Shown here: positions 49,438 to 60,024 of the stretch, piece by piece
Layout of the letters: each line of letters begins with the position of its first letter
Position numbering within the stretch: the first letter of the stretch is position 1
Assembly: GCA_964384105.1 (NCBI GenBank)
Contig: CAYLJV010000003.1
Coordinates: 128,001 to 192,000 of the forward strand
Source: Candidatus Hadarchaeota archaeon
GTDB lineage: Archaea > Hadarchaeota > Hadarchaeia > Hadarchaeales > JAGGTB01
DNA: 64,000 nucleotides
Direction: 5' to 3'
The notes under the pieces: generated by a model
Database searches by the model: none
The model's input: the letters and a program-made list of their open reading frames with translations, nothing else
What the model was told of the DNA's origin: nothing
Program-made: the position numbers and the translations under genes

Positions 49438-50757
49438 TTAGTTTTGGAGCTTAGCACTTAGGAAGGATTTAATACTTTCTTTTAATGTTTCATTTTTACT
49501 TTTTAACTTAGTTTCAATTTCAGATAATTCCGTTCTTTTTTCTTCGATTTCTTTTTCTATTTTTTCTCTTTCCGACTTTTCGGTCTCTAGTTCTGTTTCC
49601 AATTTGTTTTTCTTTTCTAGTAGAGATGATGATTCTTGCTCTTTTTTCAATTTTTTTCTTTCTTTATCGATATTATGGTATTTTTCTTTCAATCCTTCGA
49701 GTTTTTTACTTTCTAATATTTCTCTGACTTCATCTAATCTCTTTTTTCTTTCTTTGTTGCTTAGTTTCATTTTTTCCTCTAATAGCCCTTCTAATTCTTT
49801 GAGTAAAGCAGTGAGTTTGGGTAAACCTTCCGATTCAGAGATTATTGTCTCAGCGGGATTGTTGAGATATGAGTCGATAGCCTCTAAAATTTCTCTATTA
49901 ACCATATGATCCTTTCTTTCGACCATTTTGTCCATTTTCCTTAATGGTCTATCGAAATCAGAAATTATTGAGTCCATTCTTTTCAGTATTTTTTTCTTCT
50001 TCTTTGTAAGGTCCTTTTTCTTTTTTTCTATACCCTCTAATTCCTCGTATCTATCGCTTCTTTTCAGACTTCCTAGAGACTCTTTGTTTCTTTCAATATT
50101 TTTCCTTAATTTTTCCTTCTTTTTTTCAATCCTGTCTAGCTTCTCTTCTAAATTTGACTTTTCGGATACGAGTTTTTTCCTTTCGGATATTTCATCGAGA
50201 AAGTCATTTAGATTCTCCAATTCATGGTTTTTTTCTCTAAGCAAAGAATTAAGTTCTCTTGAAAGTGTTTGGAGCTGGTTCATTATTGTCCTAAGTCTTT
50301 GTACTTCTTTTTCAAATACCATCCCGACTTGGTTACCGTGTGACACGATTGCATTTTTTAGCAAGTTATTTGTGTCTTGAAGAGATCGGTTGAAATGGAG
50401 TAGTTCTTCCCATTCCGGATCTGAGGGAGTATTTAAGTCATTAGAAGCTTTACCAACTTTCTTGACAAGAAGTTTCTGTGCTTCGCTCACGGATTTGTAG
50501 AGATTAGGGTGTATCTCTTCTCTAGGTTCGGCATCAGATAGGTTCTCGATAAGCTCATCTATTTTTCTTTGAATGTTTGATAAGTCTTCGAATATTTGTT
50601 CAACGTTCTTTTTGGTTTCTTTTATGATTTTTCTCTTTTTTTCTTTTATTTTACTCTCTGCTTCATCTATTGTTATTTTTTCAGAGGTCTTTGGTTTCTC
50701 TTCTTCTTTTTCTTTGCTTTCCCCTGTTAGGATATCTCTAATTTTTTTGAAGACCAT
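49438..50757 (-). CDS. Long coiled-coil hypothetical protein
   Basis: 439 aa, E/K/L heptads, no Walker motifs. Confidence 0.8.
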   Translation of the reverse strand: MVFKKIRDILTGESKEKEEEKPKTSEKITIDEAESKIKEKKRKIIKETKKNVEQIFEDLSNIQRKIDELIENLSDAEPREEIHPNLYKSVSEAQKLLVKKVGKASNDLNTPSDPEWEELLHFNRSLQDTNNLLKNAIVSHGNQVGMVFEKEVQRLRTIMNQLQTLSRELNSLLREKNHELENLNDFLDEISERKKLVSEKSNLEEKLDRIEKKKEKLRKNIERNKESLGSLKRSDRYEELEGIEKKKKDLTKKKKKILKRMDSIISDFDRPLRKMDKMVERKDHMVNREILEAIDSYLNNPAETIISESEGLPKLTALLKELEGLLEEKMKLSNKERKKRLDEVREILESKKLEGLKEKYHNIDKERKKLKKEQESSSLLEKKNKLETELETEKSEREKIEKEIEEKRTELSEIETKLKSKNETLKESIKSFLSAKLQN

Positions 50758-50794
50758 ACTGCTTCTTAATTAAATAAATAAATTAATAAAATGG

Positions 50795-50813
50795 ACCGGT
50801 TGAAACAACCGGT
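50795..50813. terminator. Hairpin downstream of hppA
   Basis: ACCGGTTG-AAA-CAACCGGT flanked by A/T tracts on both sides. Confidence 0.55.
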
Positions 50814-50820
50814 TTTTTGT

Positions 50821-52833
50821 TTATGCGAACAGTGGCACGAATAGCAGCGATACCATCGACATGAGTTTGATTAGGATGTTCAATGCTGGCCCTGAGGTGT
50901 CCTTGAATGGATCTCCTACCGTGTCTCCGGTTACGGCGGCGGCGTGAGCCTCACTTCCTTTACCTCCGAGATGTCCCTCTTCTATGTATTTTTTAGCGTT
51001 ATCCCATGCACCACCCGAGTTCGCTAGAGTTATTGCCATTAGAAGCCCGGTTACGATCGCTCCTGCTAGTAGCCCACCTAGAACCTGAACGCTCCACAGG
51101 CCTACCACGATGGGAGTGATTACAGCTATTCCACCGGGTAAAATCATATTTCTTATACCCGCGTTTGTACTGATTTCAACACATTTTTCGTATTCAGGTT
51201 CGGATTCTCCCTTTAGAATTCCAGGGATCTGTTCGAACTGCCTTCTGACTTCTTGAACCATGGCGTATGCGCCCTTTCCGACGGCTGACATTGTTAAAGC
51301 CGAGAATATGAATGTTAGTAAACCACCAATGAACATGCCAATCATAACTTGTGGCTCGTTAATGCTAAGTTGAGCTGCACTTATACCAACGTTTGATATG
51401 TAAGCTGAGAATAGCGCTATTGCGGTTAAAGCGGCGGATCCTATCGCAAATCCTTTCCCTATAGCCGCGGTAGTGTTTCCGACAGCATCTAGTCTTTCTG
51501 CTCTTTCTCTAACTTCTTGTCCCATTCCACCCATTTCAGCAATCCCTGCAGCGTTATCATTTACAGGTCCGTAGGTATCAGTGGCTAGAGTTATACCGAG
51601 TGTGCTTAGCATCCCTACGGCAGCTATTGGAATTCCGTATAATCCGGCAAATTCATAAGAGAGGCCAATTGCTACACAAACTGAGATTACGGGAAATAGA
51701 GTACTATTGAGTCCTGTTGCGAATCCTCTTACAATGGTGGTAGCGGGTCCTGTCTTTGATGCCTCGGCTATAGACTGAGTTGGACCGAATCTACTTTCTG
51801 TGTAATATTCGCAAGCGAGACCTATTGCAATTCCGGCACCGAGTCCGGCGACCATGGCGTAAAATGGCTCTATAACGCCAAGGAAATAATCTGTGAGGAA
51901 GTAGCCAAATATTATCATAATTATTGCGCTTCCGAATACCCCTTTATTAAGCGCATTGTGTAGATCTCCTATTTCGGAGCCTTTACCAGGTCTTACAAAC
52001 CCTGTTGCGATCATTGAAGCAAATATTCCAAAGGCAGCTAGAAGAAGTGGATAAAGTACGGCATCTCCTCCCGATATTGAAGAACCGGCTATAGTTATAC
52101 CCCCGACACCAATTGCAATCGCAGAGATTATTGACCCTGCGTAGGATTCGAAAAGGTCTGCCCCCATTCCTGCGACGTCTCCAACATTGTCTCCAACATT
52201 ATCGGCGATGGTGGCCGGATTTCTCGGATCGTCCTCGGGAATCTTCTCTTCTACTTTACCAACCAAGTCAGCACCCATGTCGGCTGCTTTTGTATAGATT
52301 CCCCCACCCACTCTAGCGAAGAGAGCTATTGAACTAGCACCGAATCCGAAACCCACTAGTACGCCTGGATCGGGTGCAAAACGATAGACAACTGTGAGAC
52401 CTACTAGAGCTAAACCGACAACGGTCATTCCCATCACGGTTCCGCTTGAGAAGCCTATTTTTAGGCCCTTTCCTATATCTTTAGATGCTCCAACTGCTGC
52501 TCGTGAATTTGATTTTGTTGCTATTCTCATTCCTATATTTCCAGCTAGAGCAGAACAAATGGCCCCTCCTATGAAAGCTAATGCCGCTTTATCTGGAATA
52601 CTCGTCACGTAAATTATTATGGCCATTATAACTACGAAAACCGTCAAGGGTTTGTATTCACTGTTCAGAAAAGTCATGGCACCTTTATAGATGGTGTCTG
52701 ACAATCCACTGACTTTTTCGTTTCCACGCGGTTGTTTTAGAATCCAGAATGCAACGATGCCAGCGAATATAAGAGCTATGATACCAACGATTGTCACAAA
52801 ACCGAGAGTTAGTATCGTTTCTAAACCTGTCAT
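50821..52833 (-). CDS. hppA: Membrane-bound K+-dependent pyrophosphatase (likely Na+-translocating)
   Basis: [33 protein letters not shown] (Ala = K+-dependent), [14 protein letters not shown]. Confidence 0.95.
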   Translation of the reverse strand: MTGLETILTLGFVTIVGIIALIFAGIVAFWILKQPRGNEKVSGLSDTIYKGAMTFLNSEYKPLTVFVVIMAIIIYVTSIPDKAALAFIGGAICSALAGNIGMRIATKSNSRAAVGASKDIGKGLKIGFSSGTVMGMTVVGLALVGLTVVYRFAPDPGVLVGFGFGASSIALFARVGGGIYTKAADMGADLVGKVEEKIPEDDPRNPATIADNVGDNVGDVAGMGADLFESYAGSIISAIAIGVGGITIAGSSISGGDAVLYPLLLAAFGIFASMIATGFVRPGKGSEIGDLHNALNKGVFGSAIIMIIFGYFLTDYFLGVIEPFYAMVAGLGAGIAIGLACEYYTESRFGPTQSIAEASKTGPATTIVRGFATGLNSTLFPVISVCVAIGLSYEFAGLYGIPIAAVGMLSTLGITLATDTYGPVNDNAAGIAEMGGMGQEVRERAERLDAVGNTTAAIGKGFAIGSAALTAIALFSAYISNVGISAAQLSINEPQVMIGMFIGGLLTFIFSALTMSAVGKGAYAMVQEVRRQFEQIPGILKGESEPEYEKCVEISTNAGIRNMILPGGIAVITPIVVGLWSVQVLGGLLAGAIVTGLLMAITLANSGGAWDNAKKYIEEGHLGGKGSEAHAAAVTGDTVGDPFKDTSGPALNILIKLMSMVSLLFVPLFA

Positions 52834-52850
52834 ATTTCTCCCTTTTTGAT

Positions 52851-53252
52851 CTAAATCTTACCGTCTATGCACAGATGGGACCTTTGTCGTAAAAATATTA
52901 CGGGTACTCCCATGTTTCTTAGTCTTTTTCTTAAGTTTGAGTCATACGTTGCTACTGCACATTCCATTTTTTTGGCTAATCTGATGATTTCTTCATCTCC
53001 AGATTTTTCCGATGGTATTTTTTCAATTTTTTTAGATAATTCAAGACCGATTTTAGCTGCTTTTTTTTCTGAGGAGGTTCCGTTTTCCTTTAGATATTTT
53101 AATTCCTCTTGAACTGCTTCGGGTATTACTAGTTTGTATTTTCTATCTATTATTCTGTCAAATTCGCGAAATATGTCCACCTTATGGTTTTCGGGAATCA
53201 TCAAAAAATTAGTATCTAGTATTATACAGATTTCTTGCATTTGAAAGCCCAA
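52851..53252 (-). CDS. PIN-domain protein (Fcf1/Utp24-like)
   Basis: LDTNFL, V.EEL, GD..I, VAT.D..L, LRQ; follows aIF2-gamma. Confidence 0.9.
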   Translation of the reverse strand: MGFQMQEICIILDTNFLMIPENHKVDIFREFDRIIDRKYKLVIPEAVQEELKYLKENGTSSEKKAAKIGLELSKKIEKIPSEKSGDEEIIRLAKKMECAVATYDSNLRKRLRNMGVPVIFLRQRSHLCIDGKI

Positions 53253-53253
53253 A

Positions 53254-54483
53254 TCAGCTTATGATTCCGTAGCCAATTAGTCTCCATCTTCCGCTTATTC
53301 TCCTGCTGATGGCGACTCGGTCTTCTTCTTCTGCGGCTACAGAAAGTTTTAGTTCAATGTCTGCTTCGGACCCCCGCGCACTAGTAACTCTCCCTACGCT
53401 TGTTGCGGTTCCGACGTTGAGCATCAGGGGTTCGTTTGTTCGTAGAGGTTCTACTTCCGTCTCTTCATCCATCCCTACAACCTTTTTCAGAAGGTTAACT
53501 TGGATAATCATTTCATTTATTGGTTCTGGCAGAGTATCGGGTGCACCTGCGATAGAACCTGCAAGATTATCGGATTTAGTATACGAGGGATCTAGATTTG
53601 TTCCTAGACCTATTAGTCCACCGGGGCCTGCTTCTTTAACTGAACGATTTCCTTTGCGTAAACTAACGATTTTCGATTTCAATGGTTCCCAGAAGGTTTT
53701 TCCTTTTCTATCAACTTCTACTCCAGGTCTTATCTCTACCTCGCTCCCGACTTTCCATTTTCCCCAGCGTAGACTCCCTCCGATTATTCCACCAACTAAG
53801 TCTTCTGGTTTAGTACCTGGTTTATTCACGTCGAAGGATCTAGCTATTTGCATTCTTGGGGGTTTTGAAAGGTCTCGGTTAGGAGTGGGGATGTTTGCTT
53901 CTACAGCTTTTATTACTTTATCTACGTTTACGCCATGTACAGCGGAAACTGGGATGATTGGTGCTTCCTCAGCTATTGTGCCTTTTAAAAAATTCTTTAT
54001 TTCTTCGTAATTTTTTATAACTTCTGATCGAGGAACTAGGTCTATCTTGTTTTGTACGATTACGATATTTTCGACACCGATTACTTCCAGCCCTTTTAAG
54101 TGCTCTTTGGTTTGGGGTTGTGGGCAAGGTTCATCTGCTGCTATTACTAGGACAGCTCCGTCCATTATAGCAGCTCCTGATAGCATTGTTGCCATCAGGG
54201 TTTCGTGTCCTGGGGCATCTACGAACGATATTTTCCTAAGTAACTTGGTTTCCCCTCCACATTTTGGACACTCTTTTTCTACAGTGTAATATTCACAATC
54301 TTTGCATTTCCTAAAAGTCGTATCTGCGTATCCTAGACGGATGGATACCCCTCTTCTTAATTCTTCACTGTGTCTATCGGTCCAAACTCCCGAAAGCGCT
54401 TCAGTTAGGGTAGTCTTCCCGTGGTCGACATGACCGATCATTCCTAAGTTGAGGTGTGGAATTGCCAAGTCTTTCACCTTCAA
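53254..54483 (-). CDS. eif2g: Translation initiation factor 2 gamma
   Basis: [40 protein letters not shown]. Confidence 0.98.
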   Translation of the reverse strand: MKVKDLAIPHLNLGMIGHVDHGKTTLTEALSGVWTDRHSEELRRGVSIRLGYADTTFRKCKDCEYYTVEKECPKCGGETKLLRKISFVDAPGHETLMATMLSGAAIMDGAVLVIAADEPCPQPQTKEHLKGLEVIGVENIVIVQNKIDLVPRSEVIKNYEEIKNFLKGTIAEEAPIIPVSAVHGVNVDKVIKAVEANIPTPNRDLSKPPRMQIARSFDVNKPGTKPEDLVGGIIGGSLRWGKWKVGSEVEIRPGVEVDRKGKTFWEPLKSKIVSLRKGNRSVKEAGPGGLIGLGTNLDPSYTKSDNLAGSIAGAPDTLPEPINEMIIQVNLLKKVVGMDEETEVEPLRTNEPLMLNVGTATSVGRVTSARGSEADIELKLSVAAEEEDRVAISRRISGRWRLIGYGIIS

Positions 54484-54550
54484 TACAATTTTTCAGTAGT
54501 AGGTATAAAAGTAGTGTGAACGTATTATTAGCAATTTCTCTTTATTGGTT

Positions 54551-55102
54551 TCAACCCTCTGAACTTACCGTAAGTTTAAAAACTTTTTCGTCTGTTTTCT
54601 CCCCGTTTGCTAATATGACAGTTTTAATCTCAATGGTTGTGGATATTGTACCGGAATATAGTTCGCTTTTAATTTCGAAAGTATAAGTCCTAGTGCTTTC
54701 TAACTCTCCCAGACCCAGGGGGTCAGAAACAATTAGGATATATTCGGTGTCTTCTTCGCTTATGTACTGAGTTAAGTGCTCGTATTTGACTCGAGGATTT
54801 ATTGGATTTATCTTTATTTTTGGGGATAAGGTAGAGATTCTTATTTCAAGATTTTCGTAAAACCTTTTGCTCGAATTTAATATTTCCAATCTCATTAAGG
54901 TGTTTTCTTCGGGTGAAATCTTTTCGTCTACTAGTTCTGATAGAGAAAAGTGAGGTTCTGTTTGCAGCTTAACATCATTCTCTCCTCCGAAACCAGTATA
55001 ATTTATTGTGACTATTACTCCGGCTACTATAGCTAAAACTATTATTCCGATTATAACCCATCTAAATTTGCTAGTTTCATCTCTGGAAGAGGTTGGCCTC
55101 AT
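54551..55102 (-). CDS. Single-TM exported hypothetical protein (Ig-like beta-rich)
   Basis: N-terminal TM then beta-rich domain; inserted between rps6e and eif2g. Confidence 0.7.
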   Translation of the reverse strand: MRPTSSRDETSKFRWVIIGIIVLAIVAGVIVTINYTGFGGENDVKLQTEPHFSLSELVDEKISPEENTLMRLEILNSSKRFYENLEIRISTLSPKIKINPINPRVKYEHLTQYISEEDTEYILIVSDPLGLGELESTRTYTFEIKSELYSGTISTTIEIKTVILANGEKTDEKVFKLTVSSEG

Positions 55103-55128
55103 GTGAACTCACTTTTAATAATTAGAGC

Positions 55129-55536
55129 TTATTCCTCTTCACTTTTTTCCAATTCTTCTGTTTCAAGTCCGATAATTTCTTCTATCGATTCTTTCCCTTT
55201 TTTCACTATCTTTGTATTTAATTGAGCTATTTTCTCTGATACCCTATTTCCTCTGACGGTCTTTCTTTTTCTTTCTCCATTTCTTTTGGGTTTATATCCG
55301 GTTCCACTACTAAGAAGTGCTCTAGTTCTGCCTTCGCCTCTCACGTCCGGCCGCATTGCAAATCCTTCTTCATCAGACCCGCCGGTTATTTTTAGCTCAT
55401 ATCCAGGAAGGCCTACGTCTTCTCCATTGATTTTGTCACCTATCCTCAGGCCTACTAGCTTTCTTAATTGGGAATCTTCTGGTTCTATTTGATAGGCCTT
55501 CCCTTCTTCCGGATCAGAAACAACTAATCTAGTCAT
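55129..55536 (-). CDS. rps6e: 30S ribosomal protein S6e
   Basis: ITGGSD..GF.MR, GER.RKTVRG. Confidence 0.97.
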   Translation of the reverse strand: MTRLVVSDPEEGKAYQIEPEDSQLRKLVGLRIGDKINGEDVGLPGYELKITGGSDEEGFAMRPDVRGEGRTRALLSSGTGYKPKRNGERKRKTVRGNRVSEKIAQLNTKIVKKGKESIEEIIGLETEELEKSEEE

Positions 55537-55539
55537 TTT

Positions 55540-57333
55540 TTACATAACTCCATAGGTAGGATTATTCTTTTGTTTTATAGTTATTATTTCTTCCATGACT
55601 GCTTTTTCGTCGTCAGTAAGCATTTCTGATAGTTCTTTTAATTTCATTATATCTCTTGGGGGGATGTCAGTATATAGTACGTCTCCCTCTTTAATCTGAC
55701 GTCCTATTGTTGGACCTTCTATTGAAAAAGCTACTTCATCTCCGCTTTTTGCTTCGCTCTTTGTTTCTTTTTCGCTCTGGATTTCCCTGACTATACCAAC
55801 TCGTTCCCCGTCTTTTTTCATAATGGGGACGTCTGGTTTTAAAATTCCACCAAGAATGTCCACTCCTACTACAGCTGGTTGGCTTTTTCTAAAGACATAC
55901 CCTAGTTTTATTGTGAACTTTCCCGGTCTGATTAGCTCTTTTAGCTTTTCTCGACGCAGTTTTTCTTTCTCTTTTTCTACCCATTCTTCATACTCTTCGA
56001 TCAGGCGATAGATAACATCATTCTCGATTATTTTTACATCTCTGTTTTTCGCTTCTTCCTTTGCATGTTTTGGAATATCGACATTGAATGCGAGTATTAC
56101 TCCTAAGAATGGATCATCCTCTGCAACGGCGCTTGCTTCAACAACATTTTGACGTGTTATGTCACCAATATCTCCGTGTTTGATTGGAATATCACTTGAT
56201 TCTAGTTGGGTTTCTAAAGCTTCTAGGGACCCTAACGTGTCAGCCTTTACGATTATTCCCTTTTCATCTTTTTGAATTCTAACGCTTTCCAGCCTCTTTT
56301 TTACCAATTGGCAGAATTCTTGGAGGTCTTTATCTGACTCGATTACTCTTAGGGGTGCTCCCGCAACTACCTCTTCAATGTCTGGTGCAGCTATCTTTAC
56401 ACCTGCTGCTGCAGTAACATAATTTTTTTGCTCGAATTTTTCCTGCGGGTCTCTTATTTCATCTAGAGGTTTTGGTTGCAAAAGGGCTCTTACTTTAGTG
56501 ACAATTACTTTTCCGAGTCCTCCGACTGCTATTTTGTCCTGTGTTGAAATCTTTCCATCGTAGATTATCGTATCTATGGTTTTGCCTAGCCCCCTTTCTT
56601 TCTTGACTTCTAGAACTGTTCCTTTTGCCGGCCCTGTTACTTCCACACTTAATTCTTTCTTCATGAAAGTCTGAGCTAAACCGGTTAAAATGGCTAGGAG
56701 TTCGGGGATTCCTTCACCAGTTTTTGCACTTGTGGGGACTATTCCAATTTGCTTTCGGAAGTTTTCAAGCCGATCGAAACGTTCGGAATTAAAGCCATAA
56801 TCGTTAAGTTTCCCTATCAGTTCGTATGTTCTTTTATCAAGATCCGTCTGTACCCGTGTGTTTTGTTCAGGTATGCTTTCTAAAAAACAAGCATTGTTCA
56901 TGGGTTTCCAGCCGGGTATTAAATCAATTTTGTTTGCCGCGACCACGAACGGAGTTTTGTTTTCTTTAATGTAGTTTATCGATTCTATGGTTTGAGGTTG
57001 GAAACCTTGTGTAATATCTACGACAAGAACAGCAAGGTCTGCTAGGGCTCCACCACGGCTTCTAAGGTTGGCAAATGCTTCATGCCCAGGAGTATCTATA
57101 AAAAGAAGGCCGGGGAGATCTACTTTTTCCTTTGCAAATTTTTTGAGAAATCCTCCGCATATCCCTTTCACTGTTTCTACGGGTATTCCTGTAGCTCCTA
57201 TATGCTGAGTGATGGCTCCAGCTTCTCTACTGGCTACGGTTGTCCCTCTTATTTTGTCTAATAGGAGGGTTTTTCCATGGTCGACATGACCTAATACTGA
57301 GATTATTGGTTGACGGATATTTTTTTCTGTCAT
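55540..57333 (-). CDS. infB: Translation initiation factor aIF5B (IF-2)
   Basis: [45 protein letters not shown]. Confidence 0.98.
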   Translation of the reverse strand: MTEKNIRQPIISVLGHVDHGKTLLLDKIRGTTVASREAGAITQHIGATGIPVETVKGICGGFLKKFAKEKVDLPGLLFIDTPGHEAFANLRSRGGALADLAVLVVDITQGFQPQTIESINYIKENKTPFVVAANKIDLIPGWKPMNNACFLESIPEQNTRVQTDLDKRTYELIGKLNDYGFNSERFDRLENFRKQIGIVPTSAKTGEGIPELLAILTGLAQTFMKKELSVEVTGPAKGTVLEVKKERGLGKTIDTIIYDGKISTQDKIAVGGLGKVIVTKVRALLQPKPLDEIRDPQEKFEQKNYVTAAAGVKIAAPDIEEVVAGAPLRVIESDKDLQEFCQLVKKRLESVRIQKDEKGIIVKADTLGSLEALETQLESSDIPIKHGDIGDITRQNVVEASAVAEDDPFLGVILAFNVDIPKHAKEEAKNRDVKIIENDVIYRLIEEYEEWVEKEKEKLRREKLKELIRPGKFTIKLGYVFRKSQPAVVGVDILGGILKPDVPIMKKDGERVGIVREIQSEKETKSEAKSGDEVAFSIEGPTIGRQIKEGDVLYTDIPPRDIMKLKELSEMLTDDEKAVMEEIITIKQKNNPTYGVM

Positions 57334-57452
57334 GGTTTTTCTAAAAAGTAAAGCTCTTAAAAATTAAAAAGATATCACTCCTTGAATCCTGTTTAATCTT
57401 AATTAGTAGGTCGTAAGCGAATAATCCGATTAAATAGACCTGAGCGAATGCT

Positions 57453-57635
57453 TTAAATGGATTCCCTAGATTTTTTGGTCCACTTTAGCCTCTCTGGTTT
57501 TCTACCAAGTTCCATGTTTTTCTCGCATTTGCTGGAGCAGAGATAGAGTATTGTTCCATCGTTCTTAACGAGCATTAATCCCTCGCCGGGGGTTATTTTT
57601 TCTCCACAAAACGAGCAAGTTTTTGAAGACGGCAA
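57453..57635 (-). CDS. rpl24e: 50S ribosomal protein L24e
   Basis: CSFCG..I.PG.G...CSSKCEKN...R.P..LKWT. Confidence 0.96.
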   Translation of the reverse strand: MPSSKTCSFCGEKITPGEGLMLVKNDGTILYLCSSKCEKNMELGRKPERLKWTKKSRESI

Positions 57636-57637
57636 TT

Positions 57638-57853
57638 TTACGGCACCCTAATTTCTCTAGCTTCTCTTTCTACTTCTCGTAGCATAAGTGTGTCCCCTAT
57701 TCTGACTGGTCCTTTTATATTCCTAGTGATTATTCTACCTTTATCTCTGCCTTCTAGTATCCTACCTTTTACTTGCATAATCTCTCCAGTAGCACCTGTT
57801 CTGCCTCGAACTTCAATAACTTCTACAGGGATGCTTTCATCCTCTTCTGGCAT
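57638..57853 (-). CDS. rps28e: 30S ribosomal protein S28e
   Basis: GRTG..G...[21 protein letters not shown]. Confidence 0.97.
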   Translation of the reverse strand: MPEEDESIPVEVIEVRGRTGATGEIMQVKGRILEGRDKGRIITRNIKGPVRIGDTLMLREVEREAREIRVP

Positions 57854-57861
57854 TTAGAGAT

Positions 57862-58236
57862 TCACTCCTTTATTTTTTCAAGTTCGGCAATAACGGCTTC
57901 TAATTCTTCTTCCGCTTCTCCGGCATTTACGACAGCTACAGAGGCTGCAGAAACCTCTATTCCTGCTGCAGAGCCAAGTTCTCTTTTATTTGGTACGTAA
58001 CCATATGGTACTTCTCTTTCCTCACAGAGGGGGGGTAAGAAAGCCAGTATTTCAGGCGGTTCTACATCTTCGGCCATTACTACTAGTTTTACGTTTCCTC
58101 TTTCTACAGCTTTTGTGGTTTCATTAGTACCCTTTTGCACGTCGCCTTTGTCTCTAGCAGCTTCTACTACTTCGTAAATCCGGTCTGCCAATTCTCTTGA
58201 AACATCAAATTTTACATACATTGGTTTTTCTGCCAC
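57862..58236 (-). CDS. rpl7ae: 50S ribosomal protein L7Ae
   Basis: [26 protein letters not shown]. Confidence 0.97.
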   Translation of the reverse strand: MAEKPMYVKFDVSRELADRIYEVVEAARDKGDVQKGTNETTKAVERGNVKLVVMAEDVEPPEILAFLPPLCEEREVPYGYVPNKRELGSAAGIEVSAASVAVVNAGEAEEELEAVIAELEKIKE

Positions 58237-58281
58237 AGTCCAGCACCTCCTTCAATTTTATTCATCAATCATCGCACTGTG
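58234..58281 (-). promoter_or_regulatory. Putative kink-turn in rpl7ae 5' UTR (autoregulation)
   Basis: CACAGUGC-GAUGAUUGAUGA...UUGAAGGAGGUGCUGGACUGUG: tandem GA/AG pairs and stem covering SD and GUG start. Confidence 0.65.
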
Positions 58282-58323
58282 TGGCTTTGTACAATTAAGG
58301 AGTAAGCTTTATTTATAATTTTT

Positions 58324-60018
58324 TTATGAGTGCGTGTATACTCCTCTCACCTTTGGTTCAATCTCATCAATACTAATAAAACCATACCGTTCAAATTGAA
58401 TTATTTCACCTTTAGAGAGGTTTTTTACTTCAGGCTCTGCGTAACCTTTCTTTTTGTCGCCGGTTGGTTCTAATACTTCGACCTCGATGGGATTTTTTGA
58501 GACCCATTGTATTTTGGGAACATCTAATAGCTCGAAGCTTTTGAAGTTAGCTTCTAGAGGTTTTATGGAGGTTAATTCAAAGTTTAGTAAATCTTTAAGT
58601 CTTACTATATCTCCTAATCCCATCTTATCAACATCTTTTTTTGAGATCCACACGATGAGTTTGCCATCATCTCTTTCTAACGGGAGTGTTCTTTTTCCTC
58701 TTTCTTCGCGGTCGGGATGTAGTCTCAATCGTGCCTCTTTCTTGTCGGGAACATTTTTGATAAGCAATCGTTCAGGTTGTGGAACAAAAAAGTACCGATT
58801 TGCTTTTTCATCTATGATCTTTCTATTTTTTGAATATAGAGTGTCCCAGCTTAGAGTTGAATCTGTTTTTGTTATTCCAATGTCTATAACTACATCTCTT
58901 AGGGCCTGTGGGACTATTCCCCTCCTTCTCATAGCTGCTACAGTGCCTAGTCTTACGTCATCATATCCTTCGTAAATTCTTTCTCTGATTCCATTCATTA
59001 TCTTGGTTTTGCTTAGAACCGTTTCAGTGACTGCTAATCTTCCGTGCTGAAGAGCGGTTGGATATTTCCATCCTAGATGTTCGAAGAGTTGTCTTTGCCT
59101 CTGTTCGTTGACTTCGTGTTCCTTCCCCCGAAGCACGTGAGTTATTCCCATCTTGTAATCATCAATTGCAACAGAAAAATTGTAAAGTGGCCAAACTCTA
59201 TACTTATCTCCGGTTTTGGGATGAGTTTTGGAAACTATTCTGAAAGCGGGCCAGTCACGTAATGCAGGATTGGGATTTTTGAGATCCGTTTTAATTCTAC
59301 CTACTGCTTCTTTTTCTTTGAAGGAACCACCCAGCATTTTTTCCCATTTGGACAAATTTTCCTTTTTAGAAGTTCCTCTACAGGGGCAGGCGTTTTTCCG
59401 ATCTCTAAGTTTTTTGAATTTATTGGGAGGACAAGTACAGATGTAAGCTTTTCCTTCTTCTAGAAGTTGCTCGATATATTGATAATATATTTCCATTCTT
59501 TGGGATTGTATATACTCTTCGTCCCAGGTTATTTCCAGCCATTTCAGGTCATTCCTTATGAAATCGTACATGTCTTCTTTTGCATTCTCGGGGTTTGTGT
59601 CTTCGAAACGAAGTATGAACTTTCCGTTGTTTCTTACTGCATATTCGTGGGAAAGTACCGCGGTTCTTACGTGGCCTAGATGTAGTGGTCCATTAGGGTT
59701 TGGGGCAAAACGAGTCACGATATTTTCATATTTATCCCGCTCTGGTAGCTCTGAGAGCCCTTCCTTCTTTTCTTTCTCTATTCTTTCGGGACTTCCTAAC
59801 CTTTCCAGCTCTGATTCTTGTTCTTTAACTGATAATCTGTTTATTTCTTTTACTGATTTTTCGATGTTTTCTTTTAGCTCCTTGATCTTTGATTTGAGTT
59901 CAGGTTTTTCTGCAATTAGTTTTCCTATTACTGCATTAGTATTGGCAGTGCCCCCATGTTCAAGGGCATTGGCTAGAGTCCATTGTCGTATTAGCGTTTT
60001 ATTCTCTTCTTCTACCAT
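58324..60018 (-). CDS. gltX: Glutamyl-tRNA synthetase
   Basis: RFAPNPNGPLHLGH, LRFEDT, THVLRGKEH, LSKT, QFERYGF. Confidence 0.97.
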   Translation of the reverse strand: MVEEENKTLIRQWTLANALEHGGTANTNAVIGKLIAEKPELKSKIKELKENIEKSVKEINRLSVKEQESELERLGSPERIEKEKKEGLSELPERDKYENIVTRFAPNPNGPLHLGHVRTAVLSHEYAVRNNGKFILRFEDTNPENAKEDMYDFIRNDLKWLEITWDEEYIQSQRMEIYYQYIEQLLEEGKAYICTCPPNKFKKLRDRKNACPCRGTSKKENLSKWEKMLGGSFKEKEAVGRIKTDLKNPNPALRDWPAFRIVSKTHPKTGDKYRVWPLYNFSVAIDDYKMGITHVLRGKEHEVNEQRQRQLFEHLGWKYPTALQHGRLAVTETVLSKTKIMNGIRERIYEGYDDVRLGTVAAMRRRGIVPQALRDVVIDIGITKTDSTLSWDTLYSKNRKIIDEKANRYFFVPQPERLLIKNVPDKKEARLRLHPDREERGKRTLPLERDDGKLIVWISKKDVDKMGLGDIVRLKDLLNFELTSIKPLEANFKSFELLDVPKIQWVSKNPIEVEVLEPTGDKKKGYAEPEVKNLSKGEIIQFERYGFISIDEIEPKVRGVYTHS

Positions 60019-60024
60019 TTCTAC

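Noticed and set aside
49438-50757. SMC/Rad50 ATPase
   Set aside because: Coiled coil only; no Walker A/B, signature or zinc hook.
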